From: Macrostomum lignano
Taxonomy: Eukaryota
NCBI GenBank assembly: GCA_002269645.1
Contig: NIVC01002622.1
Coordinates: 91,491-155,490 of the forward strand
Direction of reading: 5' to 3'
Length of the DNA stretch: 64,000 bases
A program made the position numbers and the translations under genes. The notes below the pieces were generated by a model. The model searched no databases. It was not told the DNA's origin and saw only the letters and a list, made by a program, of their open reading frames with translations. Positions 23,601-34,489 of the stretch are shown in pieces; position 1 is the first letter of the stretch, and each line of letters begins with the position of its first letter.

Positions 23601-26600
23601 CCACACCTCTTCACTCCGAACCCCCTCACTCCGCACCCCCTCACTCCACACCCCTCACTCTACACCCCTTCAAGGACAAGTAGTTCTTGCACCCCTTCAC
23701 TCCACATCCCCTCTCTCCACACCCCTCACTACACACCCCTCACTCTACACCCCCTCCCTTCACACCCTCTCACTCCACACCCCTCACTCCACACCTCCTC
23801 ACTCCACATTCCCCACTCCACACCCCTCACTCCACACCCCTCACTCTACACCCCTTCAAGGACAAGTAGTCCTTGCACCCCTTCACTCCACATCCCCTCT
23901 CTCCACACCCCTCACTACACACCCCTCACTCTACACCCCCTCCCTTCACACCCCTCACTCACACCTCCTCACTCCACATTCCCCACTCCACACCCCTCAC
24001 TTCACACCCCTCACTCACACCTCCTCACTCCACATTCCCCACTCCACACCCCTCACTTCACACCCCTCACTCACACCTCCTCACTCCACACCTTCTCACT
24101 CCACATTCCCCACTCCACACCCCTCACTTCACACCCCTCACTCACACCTCCTCACTCCACATTCCCCACTCCACACCCCTCACTTCACACCCCTCACTCA
24201 CACCTCCTCACTCCACACCTCCTCACTCCACATTCCCCACTCCACACCTCCACTCCGCGACCCCTCACTCTACACTCCCTACTCTACTGCAGGCACGCAT
24301 CGGCAGGCCTCACAGAGCGCAGTCGGCGCAGCTTGGTCCGCCTCATGTACAAACTAGCTCTGGAAGGCATCGATCTACAAGCCAGAAACGTCGCCGGAGA
24401 CACCGCCTTGCTGACTGCGGCCAACCCGACTTCGGCGATGCCGTCGGCCTCCTTGGCAACTCTTCCACCGGACCGTCAACTACTGGAACATCTTCTTCGC
24501 CTGGGCGTCGACGCGGGACTTCGCGGAGCCGGTGGTCGCGGTCTGGCCTCGTCTAGCTTCGGTCCCGACCTCCGACTGCAGCGAGGCGGCTGCCCGCGTT
24601 TTCGGGTGCCGGGACTGACAGCGGCGGTCCGCGACGCCGACGTCGGTCGAGTGCGTCGCTGGTTGGCGAGCCTTGGCCGTGTTGAAGCGGTCAGCAACGG
24701 CAGGAGCCTCCTTCAACTGGCAAGGGAAGCTGGTGGCGAGGTGGCCCGTCTGGTGGAGGCGGCCAGGCAGACGACGGAGTTCGCTGCGGCGGTGATGGCC
24801 GGAGATTTGGTTGCCATGCGGCGATGGCTGGCGATGGGCGGCGCAAATCGACTCGTCAACGCCTGGTTCCGGTAAGGGACTTTAATCTCTGAGGCAGAGC
24901 AGCTCAGCCTTTAGAGAGTCTGACTTTGCACCAGAGTACCCAAAGTATTAATTTGGGACTTGTGCAGGAATATTGGATTGGGGCTTGACTTTCTATGTCG
25001 CCCATGAGGCCCAACCTCCCAACCTACCTACAAGAGTTTGTTCATGCCTAACAATGAAAAGCCATGGCAAAGTCGCTGACAGCACAACAGGTCGTTTGGA
25101 CGGGCATCTAGGGCTGCGATGGTGACTTGCTCGTTGCTGATTTTGAAGGCGTCGTGCAGCAAGACAGCCTCGAACAACTCCTGGAACAAGGCCGCCCTCT
25201 GGCGGCCTTGAACTGAAGAAGGCAACTCAGGCAAGCCCGCGACGATGCCGCAGATTTTCGTAGACGCTGGACAACAGACCACCCGGATTAACGAACTGCT
25301 GACATCGACAGGCGCACACACTCGATGTTTTGTAGACACCGACACCCTGGACTCGGTCGGCTTGCCCTGTGGCGCTGTTTTCATAAGACCTGACAGCGTT
25401 TATTTTGTTTTTTTTGTAGACCCGTGCCTGCGTTCGAATGTCCGTGTGCGCGTACTCTGGGATCAGCAGAATAGTCTCTCCTGCTTCTTATCGCTAAGTC
25501 GGCTTCGGCACTCCTTCTGCAAGCTAGCAAACACTCCCAACAACCTTAAAATTATGGGTTTTTATCTAGCTACCTCTACCTCATAGCTTACCTACACCAT
25601 CCCCATCCGCCTCATTCCTGCTCACCCACTCACCCGCCTTCAGCTTCCACTTCGTTGGCCTCAGTACAGACGGCCTGACCCCTGAGTTCGCCAACCGCCC
25701 TTTGCTCGCCGCAGCCGTAGAGTTCGCCCCAGCCAGCGTTGTCGACTGTCTGCTTCGCTTTGGAGCTCGTCTCGACGTCCAGTGCGAGGAGAGACACCCC
25801 TGCGGCCCGGCCGCTTTCTGGGCATTCAACGACGCGCCGTTTGGTGCGGCCGTAGGCGGGACGGCCGTCGCCGAAACCGTAGCCGCCTGGGCCGACGCTC
25901 GGCATCTCAGAGACGAGCTCGGGCGCACGCTTCTGCATGCAGCCATCGAGTGGCGCGAACTCAACGATGAGGAAACGTCGTCAACGCCTAACTCAGAAGA
26001 TTTAGCATCGGGGGCTAAGTCGCCTGCGCCTCCAGCGACTCTATTACAATCGAAATCGTTTCATTCAATGCTGAACTCAGTTCGGCCTGAGTCTTCGCTT
26101 AGACGGTGCCTCAGATCGACGTCATTTTACACGTCGTCTAAAGTGCAACCGTCCACCGAGTCCAAAGTGCAACCGTCCACCGAGTCCAAAGTGCAACCGT
26201 CCACCGAGTACAAAGTGCAACCATCCACCAAGTCCAAAGTGCAACCATCCACCGAGTACAAAGTACAACCGTCCACCGAGTCCAAAGTGCAACTTTCCAC
26301 CGAGTCCAAAGTGTCGCTGTCAGAGGCCAGACATCGAGTTATTCGCCGTCTGTTAGCACGAGGGGCACCGTTGGCCGCTCGCGACGCATCAAGTCGAACA
26401 GCTCGAGACTTGGCTAGTGCCGTCGGTGACTTTGAAGTCTGCCGCCTGCTCGACAATCACGTGACCGAGTTGGCCCGTCGAGGCGATCTAGACAGCGTCG
26501 AGCAACTGATTCTCGAAGCCTACGACGCAGGTTTCGACGGCGCCACGGCGTTAATCGCCGCTCGGCGCCACGATCGCGATCTGCTGCGCTTGCTAGGCGA

Positions 26601-27788
26601 GACGCCGCGCTACCGGCGCCAAATCGCCGCGCTACACGCATCCATAGCCACCGGAGGTGCCGTCGCCGCTGCTGCTTTTGCTCGATTTGCCGGTGAGAAA
26701 CGGCTGGCGCTCGGCTTGGACCGACGTGGCCGCAACCTCCTGCACGCCGCCGCGCTGTCCGGCGACGCCGCACTGGCCGGCTCCGTGGCCGAGCGGCTTC
26801 CTGCGCTGGCTGGACAGGGCGACTGTCTGGGTCGGACACCGGCGCACTATGCGGCTTGTCTGGCCGACTCGAAAGCGACGCTGTCGGCAATTTCTCGAGC
26901 GATCGGCGGTTTGGACATGTCGATTAAAGATGCCGTGAGGATTTGCGATTGACTTCTTTAGTAAACTGTCTATATATGCTCTCGACGAGTAGCAAGTGGC
27001 GTTATTAGTCAGGTTGAGTGAAAAAACTGATGGCTTTATTATGACTCTAATATTCAAATTGGGCGCCCATTTTTTCAATTGGACACCTATGTATCTCTTA
27101 TCTGGGCGCCCCAGTGTTTAAGTTCGGCGCCACTGTGTCTGAATTGGGTATACCAGTGTGTCTGAATTGGGTACACCAGTGTGTCTGAATTGGGTATACC
27201 AGTGTGTCTGAATTGGGTATACCAGTGTGTCTGAATTGGGCGCCACCGTGTCTGAATTGGGCGCCACTGTGTCTGAATTGGGCGCCACTCTGTCTAAATT
27301 GGGCGCCACTGTGTCTGAATTGGGTATACCACTTGCACTGTCTGAATTGGCGTCGCCCTCGTAGAAATAGGCTGCTTATACTACTTTCTGTAAGTAGTAA
27401 AAGAGTTTCTTCCAGAAAAGAAACTGAATGCCAATACAAATTTTGCAGAACAATCTCAGCGTATTTGACTATCTAGAGCAGATGGATCGGCCAACACCGA
27501 AAAAACTGAAGTCGCCAAGCAGAAGAATACTTAATTATCAGGTAAGAGTGACTTCATTACGCTTGTATAAAGCTTTACTTTTCTCTAAACCTAATTATTA
27601 GCGTTTTAAATCTGCCTAAACCTGCTTAGGTTAGAGATCTAATAGACATCGAGCGGAGAGCTACAGTTTCAGTTGGCCCAGTTATCAACGAAATCGCTGC
27701 TGCGTCAACCGAAAACGACTCCGAATCGACTGACAGCCAAAAGGCTGACACAGACTTGCCTATGATTCGCATCGATATCGTCGATTGA
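20699..27788 (+). CDS. Large multi-exon ankyrin-repeat protein; exons about 20699-21037, 21344-21462, 22552-22770, 23109-23258, 23369-23543, 24293-24871, uncertain exon near 25.1-25.35 kb, 25644-26934, about 27482-27541, 27630-27788; apparent -1 frameshifts in exons 1 and 2
   Basis: Ankyrin motifs GCDVNGQNLAGNTALHMAC, VDVDCIDEETGDTYLHCVV, GIDLQARNVAGDTALLTAA, DELGRTLLHAA, DRRGRNLLHAAALSG, DCLGRTPAHYAA; most splice phases consistent. Confidence 0.78.
22312..22510 (-). mobile_element. tRNA-derived SINE-like copy
   Basis: B-box GGTTCGATTCC (22447-22457, minus), then GCCACATTCATTT, GGGCCAACCCCCAAGGC and the hairpin shared with other copies. Confidence 0.65.
22885..23050 (+). mobile_element. Second tRNA-SINE-like copy in ankyrin intron 3
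   Basis: B-box-like GTTTCGAGTCC, GGCCACATTCATTT, GTGTAC..GCCTGACGATTAGAAAGTC..GTACAC, GT-rich tail. Confidence 0.6.
23590..24290. repeat. C-rich degenerate repeat (CCCCTCACTCCACA-type) filling ankyrin intron 5
   Basis: Includes an approximately 186-bp higher-order duplication ending in AAGGACAAGTAG. Confidence 0.93.
26140..26307 (+). repeat. In-frame coding 24-bp minisatellite (KVQPSTES x7)
   Basis: Seven AAAGTGCAACCGTCCACCGAGTCC-like units inside the 25644-26934 exon. Confidence 0.93.
27110..27355. repeat. 21-bp minisatellite GTGTCTGAATTGGG(TATA/CGCC)CCA
   Basis: Tandem units. Confidence 0.93.
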
Positions 27789-27819
27789 ACGGTGAATTAC
27801 GATTTTTGTTTAGCATACA

Positions 27820-28500
27820 TCTCAACCCCAGCCCACTAACTGATGCGGCTTTCCTTACCCCTCAACCCCACTCCACTATCTTATGCGGCTTTCCTTACCC
27901 CTCAACCCCACTCCACTATCTTATGCGGCTTTCCTTACCCCTCAACCCCACTCCACTATCTTATGCGGCTTTCCTTATCCCTCAACCCCACTCCACTATC
28001 TTATGCGGCTTTCCTTACCCCTCAACCCCACTCCACTATCTTATGTGGCTTTCCTTACCCCACCCCATTATCTGATACGGCTTTCCTTACCCCTCAACCC
28101 CACCCCATTATCTGATACGGCTTTCCTTACCCCTCAACCCCACCCCACAATCTGATGCGGCTTTCCTTACCCCTCAACCCCGCCCCACTATCTGATGCGG
28201 CTTTCCTTACCCCTCAACCCCGCCCTACTATCTGATGCGAATTTCCTTACCCCTCAACGCCACCCCACTATCTGATGTGACTTTCCTTACCCCTCAACCC
28301 CACCCCACTATCTGATGCGGCTTTCCTTACCCCTCAACCCCGCTCCCACTATCTGATGCGGCTTTCCTTACCCCTCAACCTCGCCCCACTATCTGATGCG
28401 GCTTTCCTGACCCCTCAACCCCACCCCACTATCTGATGCGGCTTTCCTTATCCCTTAACCCCGCTCCCACTATCTGATTGGACCTTTCTCACCCCTCCAT
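27820..28500. repeat. 40-bp minisatellite
   Basis: Tandem ATGCGGCTTTCCTTACCCCTCAACCCCAC..CACTATCT units. Confidence 0.95.
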
Positions 28501-28700
28501 TGCCAATGCTAGAAAAAGTATCAAGCTAACATCCGTCAAAAAATCTGAAACTTTGATTTGAATCCCAAATAAATTTGAACGTCCAAACACTGGTGTTAAA
28601 GTTATCATCATTTTATTTGTCATTTTCTTTTATTACCATCAATGTACATGCTCAGTCAGAATGGTGTAACATTCGATTAGCGAGTGCTCGACCTCGTCAG

Positions 28701-29036
28701 TCAGTTGTCGTAGACATAGCCAATCGGTGGGCCGCCCTCCACCTCTTCGCACATGATCTCGTACTTCAGGCACAGTCGCAGCACCTGCAGTCTGTACTTT
28801 TGCTGCGACTCGTCGCTTAGGTACCGCCGAATGCGTCTCTCGCCCATGCCTAGTTCCGATGACGTCATAGCAGCTTTGCCGTCGCGAGCGTCGCTAGATT
28901 CATCGTCGACTAGTGTAGCGGCCATTGTTGTGGAGACAATGACAGCCAGCAGTAGGAGAGCTGAGGGTTGGAGTAGACCGACTGAATTGATGGATTTGAC
29001 AAATGGTGGTGGGTTCGTGTAGGATTGAGCTCGTTT
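28701..29036 (-). CDS. Possible secreted peptide/prohormone precursor; start codon unresolved
   Basis: One frame carries ALLLLAVIVSTTMAA, an acidic spacer, RRIRR and a 40-aa C-terminal peptide with C-x6-C; no in-frame ATG before the hydrophobic stretch. Confidence 0.45.
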   Translation of the reverse strand, partial: KRAQSYTNPPPFVKSINSVGLLQPSALLLLAVIVSTTMAATLVDDESSDARDGKAAMTSSELGMGERRIRRYLSDESQQKYRLQVLRLCLKYEIMCEEVEGGPPIGYVYDN

Positions 29037-29227
29037 TTACTCAGCTATAGAATTTCTGTTTGCCTCAATTGAGCTGCAGTGAATCGTGAATGTCTGCTTG
29101 AAAGACGAGACACAGCAGGGCGTTGCGATTTTAAACAACAAGAAGGAGCTCTATTTTTGCCAAAATACAAGCTAGTCCTTGTGCAGTTCGTAATTACTGC
29201 CTGTATGCTAAGCATCCACAACTTTAT

Positions 29228-29510
29228 CACCCATCACCTCAGCACCCACCACCTCAGCACCCACCACCTAAGCACCCACCACCTAAGCACCCACCACCTC
29301 AGCACCCACCACCTCAGCACCCACCACCTCAGCACCCACCACCTCAGCACCCATCACCTCAGCACCCACCACCTCAGCACCCACCACCTAAGCACCCACC
29401 ACCTAAGTAGCACCCAGTTACTCAGCACCCACCACCTAAGCACCCACCATCTAAGTAGCACTCAGTTATTCAGCACCCACCACCTCAACATCCACCACCT
29501 CAGCACCCAT
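29228..29510. repeat. 15-bp repeat (CACCCACCACCTCAG)
   Basis: Tandem units; source of the STHHL ORF. Confidence 0.95.
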
Positions 29511-30499
29511 TCTAAGATTAATAAAAAACAAAATAAAGTTTTTCTCACCAATGAATGACTCCATGTTTTTGGAAGTTGCGTTTTTAAGTTTTTGCTTTTG
29601 TATTTTTTGTTGTTGCTGCTACTTAATCAGCACAGATCGGGACACCAAATATGAGAAGAGGCCGACAAGGTACCGACAGTCCCTTTAAATGATTGCAGAT
29701 GTAGTCATATTCCCAGTCACAGTCAGTCTCAGCCAGTCAGAGTCCGGCTATTCTCATTTGCTCCTTGTGCTCCGATTCGCTGAAGAGAGAGAATCGGCAC
29801 TGATGCAGAGCAAACTGGTGAAAAAATTCCTAAGAATATTAATAAGGCCCAACTTCATTAGTGCCTCTGAGAGTTCATTAGCCGGTAAAGGTGCTTATAG
29901 CTGCTGGGGCACCAGGGGCTAATGCTGACTTTATGACCTCCATTCGTGCAGGATAATTTCCTGAAGAAGATCTCCGTCTTCCTATTGCCGGATGCAATCT
30001 CCAGCCGTCAGATAATATCCGCAGTAGCCAGGCCATCCGGCAAGGGGCTAAGCCAGCTGCCTTATCTATTAATCTGGCTGTCCCCAAGCTGTGGAAGTAA
30101 CGAACCGTTGACGACACGCATGTAACCAATTCCTTGTGTACTCTTGATTGGAATGACCAGCGCTGACCCAGCTGAGCCCGTCTCGAATCCAGCTGCCCGA
30201 GCGATTCCTAATCCTGTAATCTCTGTTCTGAAATTGATCCAGCCGATATCGTCAGACATGTACGCTCGTACCGATTATCAAGGACTGATAAAATTTGGGA
30301 TACATCGGTGATAGACAAATTTACAAGGCCTTCGCTTGGCACTGATAAATATATATATCGTTTCGATAGAGGCCTTAATCTTATTCATTTCCTGATGAAT
30401 TTGGTGCAAAAATCGACTGTACAAAATGAAAACTAATGTTAATACAAAAACACGAGCTACATGCATGTACTACAGTCACAACACAAAGCTCCAGAACGA

Positions 30500-31057
30500 T
30501 CAGTTCCACAGCCTGCCAAAATCAACTCCGAAGGACGAGTCGAAGACGCTGAATCCGACCTTCCTGCCCAGCTGGAAACCAGTGCCGAGCACCTTGATCG
30601 TCAGCGAGTCGTCCACGATCCCGATGGCGGACGAGACGCCCAGACCGAGGTTGACGTCGAAGGCGGACATGCGACCTCCAGCGAGGACGAGCTTCGCCCC
30701 GTAGCCGAGGCATGTCGGCCCGGCGAATGCCGACACCTCGGCGCCGAACACGGTGAAATCGATGGTGTCGAGCGGCGTCTCTCCAGAGTTGACCTTCATT
30801 AAGCCGGCTCCGATGAGGTACTCGATCTTCGGGCCGGTGTAATTCTTGGTCACCTTCACCGCGGTCTCGATGAATCCGACCGTGTGCTCTTCAAATTTCT
30901 GCAGGCGACCTTCAACTGCTACGACGTAGGCAGACGATGTGTAGGCCATGGAGTCGTAATCCGCTGCCGTCAGGATCTCGTCGACGCTGTACTCAACATC
31001 AGCATTCAGATTGTTTTCCAATTTTTCCTTGATTGTTGTCTCTAGGCCCGCAGTCAT
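30500..31057 (-). CDS. Intronless 185-aa uncharacterised protein with Gly/hydrophobic beta-strand C-terminal half
   Basis: Clean ATG-TGA ORF with strong GC3 bias against AT-rich flanks; AATAAA-like signals on the minus strand downstream. Confidence 0.8.
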   Translation of the reverse strand: MTAGLETTIKEKLENNLNADVEYSVDEILTAADYDSMAYTSSAYVVAVEGRLQKFEEHTVGFIETAVKVTKNYTGPKIEYLIGAGLMKVNSGETPLDTIDFTVFGAEVSAFAGPTCLGYGAKLVLAGGRMSAFDVNLGLGVSSAIGIVDDSLTIKVLGTGFQLGRKVGFSVFDSSFGVDFGRLWN

Positions 31058-31879
31058 GGTAACTGGTTGGTTTTTGGATATCTAAAATTGGAATTCGTCA
31101 GCATGGAGCAGCAAAGTCGGAGGGTGGTCGGTTCGGTTGGTCACCCTAATTTGGGGTTTCTCAAGATACATTCCGGGTCAAGAAACGCACAATGCGTTAC
31201 ACACTAAGCTGACAAATATCAGGCTGCAAGCACAACCGTTGTGTGCGTCCCTGCACAGGAATAGGGTAAACAAGATTAACAAGGTTAACAAGATTTTAAC
31301 TTACCTTACTGATGAAAATTTAAGGACCTTGGGGCTTAAGAAGTGTTTAAAGTTAACAGTTTTTTGTCGCATGGAATTTTATCTATTCGGTTTCGAATTT
31401 CCAGGGCACGATGAAGAATATTATTTGATGCGCATCTACCCAAGTTATAGTTTTATTTATACTGTCGGCTAGGACGAGTGGTACCACCCCCTGCCGTGCG
31501 CGAGCTACTACTAGAGACTACACGCTCAGCACAAGCACAATAAGCTAACTGATTCTGCGCTGACAGACGCAGATTCAAGAGAATTTCCCAAGCAAACAAT
31601 GCCGCGAGATGAGAGTCCACTGACCACGCGCTGAACAATAGGCCATGAGTGAAATTTACTGACCCTGGCGAAGTTGCTTGCTAGAAAGACGAGGGCTTTG
31701 CTTTTCTTGGAAAACTCTGTTTTGCCAGGCATTTCGCTCAGGGCGTAAATGACACATTGCAGGTTGTTTACAAGAATCTGGACTACAAACTGCTCCTAAA
31801 ATAACTCTGCAAATTATTTACAACCAAAGTGCCGCTCGAAAATGCAGGCTTAATCAGTGAGTTCATTACAGTGAGGCCT

Positions 31880-33128
31880 CTCCATTTCTCACCTGTGATG
31901 TGTCTCCATTTCTTAGCTGTGATGTGTCTCCATTTCTGACCTGTGATGTGTCTCCATTTCTGACCTGTGATGTGTCTCCATTTCTGACCTGTGGTGTGTC
32001 TCAATTTCTGACCTGTGATGTGTCTCCATTTCTGACCTGTGATGTGTCTCAATTTCTGACCTGTGATGTGTCTCCATTTCTGACCTGTGATGTGTCTCAA
32101 TTTCTGACCTGTGATGTGTCTCAATTTCTGACCTGTGATATGTCTCCATTTCTGACCTGTGATGTGTCTCAATTTCTGACCTGTGATGTGTCTCAATTTC
32201 TGACCTGTGATGTGTCTCCATTTCTGACCTGTGATGTGTCTCAATTTCTGACCTGTGATGTGTCTCAATTTCTGACCTGTGATGTGTCTCAATTTCTGAC
32301 CTGTGATGTGTCTCAATTTCTGACCTCTGATGTGCCTCCATTTCTGACCTGTGATGTGTCTCAATTTCTGACCTGTGATGTGTCTCAATTTCTGACCTGT
32401 GATGTGTCTCAATTTCTGACCTGTGATGTGTCTCCATTTCTGACCTGTGATGTGTCTCAATTTCTGACCTGTGATGTGCCTCCATTTCTGACCTGTGATG
32501 TGTCTCAATTTCTGACCTGTGATGTGCCTCCATTTCTGACCTGTGATGTGTCTCAATTTCTGACCTGTGATGTGCCTCCATTTCTGACCTGTGATGTGTC
32601 TCAATTTCTGACCTGTGATGTGTCTCAATTTCTGACCTGTGATGTGTCTCCATTTCTGACCTGTGATGTGTCTCAATTTCTGACCTGTGATGTGTCTCAA
32701 TTTCTGACCTGTGATGTGTCTCAATTTCTGACCTGTGATGTGTCTCAATTTCTGACCTCTGATGTGCCTCCATTTCTGACCTGTGATGTGTCTCCATTTC
32801 TGACCTGTGATGTGTCTCAATTTCTGACCTGTGATGTGTCTCAATTTCTGACCTGTGATGTGTCTCAATTTCTGACCTGTGATGTGTCTCCATTTCTGAC
32901 CTGTGATGTGTCTCAATTTCTGACCTGTGATGTGCCTCCATTTCTGACCTGTGATGTGTCTCAATTTCTGACCTGTGATGTGTCTCAATTTCTGACCTGT
33001 GATGTGCCTCCATTTCTCACCTGTGATGTGCCTCCATTTCTGACCTGTGATGTGTCTCCATTTCTGACCTCTGATGTGCCTCCATTTCTGACCTGTGATG
33101 TGTCTCAATTTCTGACCTGTGATGTGTT
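31880..33128. repeat. 24-bp minisatellite, about 50 copies
   Basis: TTTCTGACCTGTGATGTG(T/C)CTC(C/A)A; generates three long spurious ORFs. Confidence 0.98.
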
Positions 33129-33459
33129 TTAATTGATTGGTAGCAATTCCAAGAAAACCCATCAAGACACCAAATATTGGCGCCCCCTAGGGTTGCGGCC
33201 CTCACCAGTTAAAAACTATTGCGTACACAACTACATCTATCCTTAAAAATTGTGATGCATGTCGTCTGTCCCTCCGAATATTGATTCTCGATTTCTACAT
33301 TATACCGTATACAGAAACATACCGGTTATAACCTGGGTCATTTTTTAAACTACTATAAACAGTGCGAAAGTTAAAAAGTATGCCAAAAGTCAAGTGTACA
33401 CGTACTTTATTTACTATAGCTGTTTACACCTGACTGGAGTTTGAACGAGCAAATTACAA

Positions 33460-33620
33460 TTCGCGGGAGTGCTGCGGCACACTGGTGCAACGCTTTAGGC
33501 CACTTGTGTACATTGTGCTGCTCGGGTGTACATGTACAGCGGCAATAACAATTCCTCGGCCCATTGTTTTCGTACGTGCACAAGCCTCAAATGAATGTGG
33601 CCGCGCAATATTGCATTTGC
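33460..33620 (-). mobile_element. Degenerate copy of the SINE-like family
   Basis: Minus strand GGCCACATTCATTTGAGGCTTGTGCA plus GTAC-palindromic segments. Confidence 0.45.
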
Positions 33621-33959
33621 CGCTGAGATATGCGCTTAAGCTACTTTTAGTAGAGCGAAAAAGTTCAATTATTTATCCTATTATTTATGCTACCCGCAAA
33701 TTAAGTGAAATTTTGAACAAATGCAAATTTGCATCATTGAGAGAGCAGCAATTTAAATGACACATAGTGAGCAAGTTTTAAATCAATAGAGTTCAATGCA
33801 GTTGAAGCACAGTTGAAGAATATTTGACAAATACTAAAGTGCTACTAGTACACCAAATACTACTTAATTATAATCACAAATGATCTGGATAGCTCAGTAG
33901 GCACATGGATTTATTTTTGTGTAAGAAAAAAGACTTGGTGTACAGGGATGCGAAACGCA

Positions 33960-34400
33960 CCCTCTACAATGAACTGGGGCCCTCTCAAATGAACTGGCGC
34001 TCTCTCAAATGAGCTGGCGAGCTTTACAATGAACTGGCACCCCCTCAAATGAACTGGCGCCCTCTACAATGAACTAGCGCCATCTACAATGAACTGGCGC
34101 CCTCTACAATGAACTGGCGCCATCTACAATGAACTGGCGCCCCTCAAATGAGCTGGCGCCCTGTACAATGAACTGGCGCCCTCTACAATGAACTGGCGCC
34201 ATCTACAATGAACTGGCGCCCCCTCAAATGAACTGGCGCCCTCTACAATGAACTGGCGCCCTCTACAATGAACTGGCGCCATCTACAATGAACTGGCGCC
34301 CCCTCAAATGAACTGGCGCCCTCTACAATGAACTGGCGCCCTCTACAATGAACTGGCGCCCTCTACAATGAACTGGCGCCCTCTACAATGAACTGGCGCT
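33960..34400. repeat. 20-bp minisatellite CTCTACAATGAACTGGCGCC
   Basis: Tandem units. Confidence 0.96.
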
Positions 34401-34489
34401 CTCCCCACTGAAACTCCTACCTACACACTCAATGTAATGAAACGCGAACGGTTTAGCTTCGCACGCCACTGACTCCGATCAACTCGAGT

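Noticed and set aside
31783-33165. 460-, 410- and 366-aa ORFs
   Set aside because: Translations of a stop-free 24-bp minisatellite in several frames and both strands.
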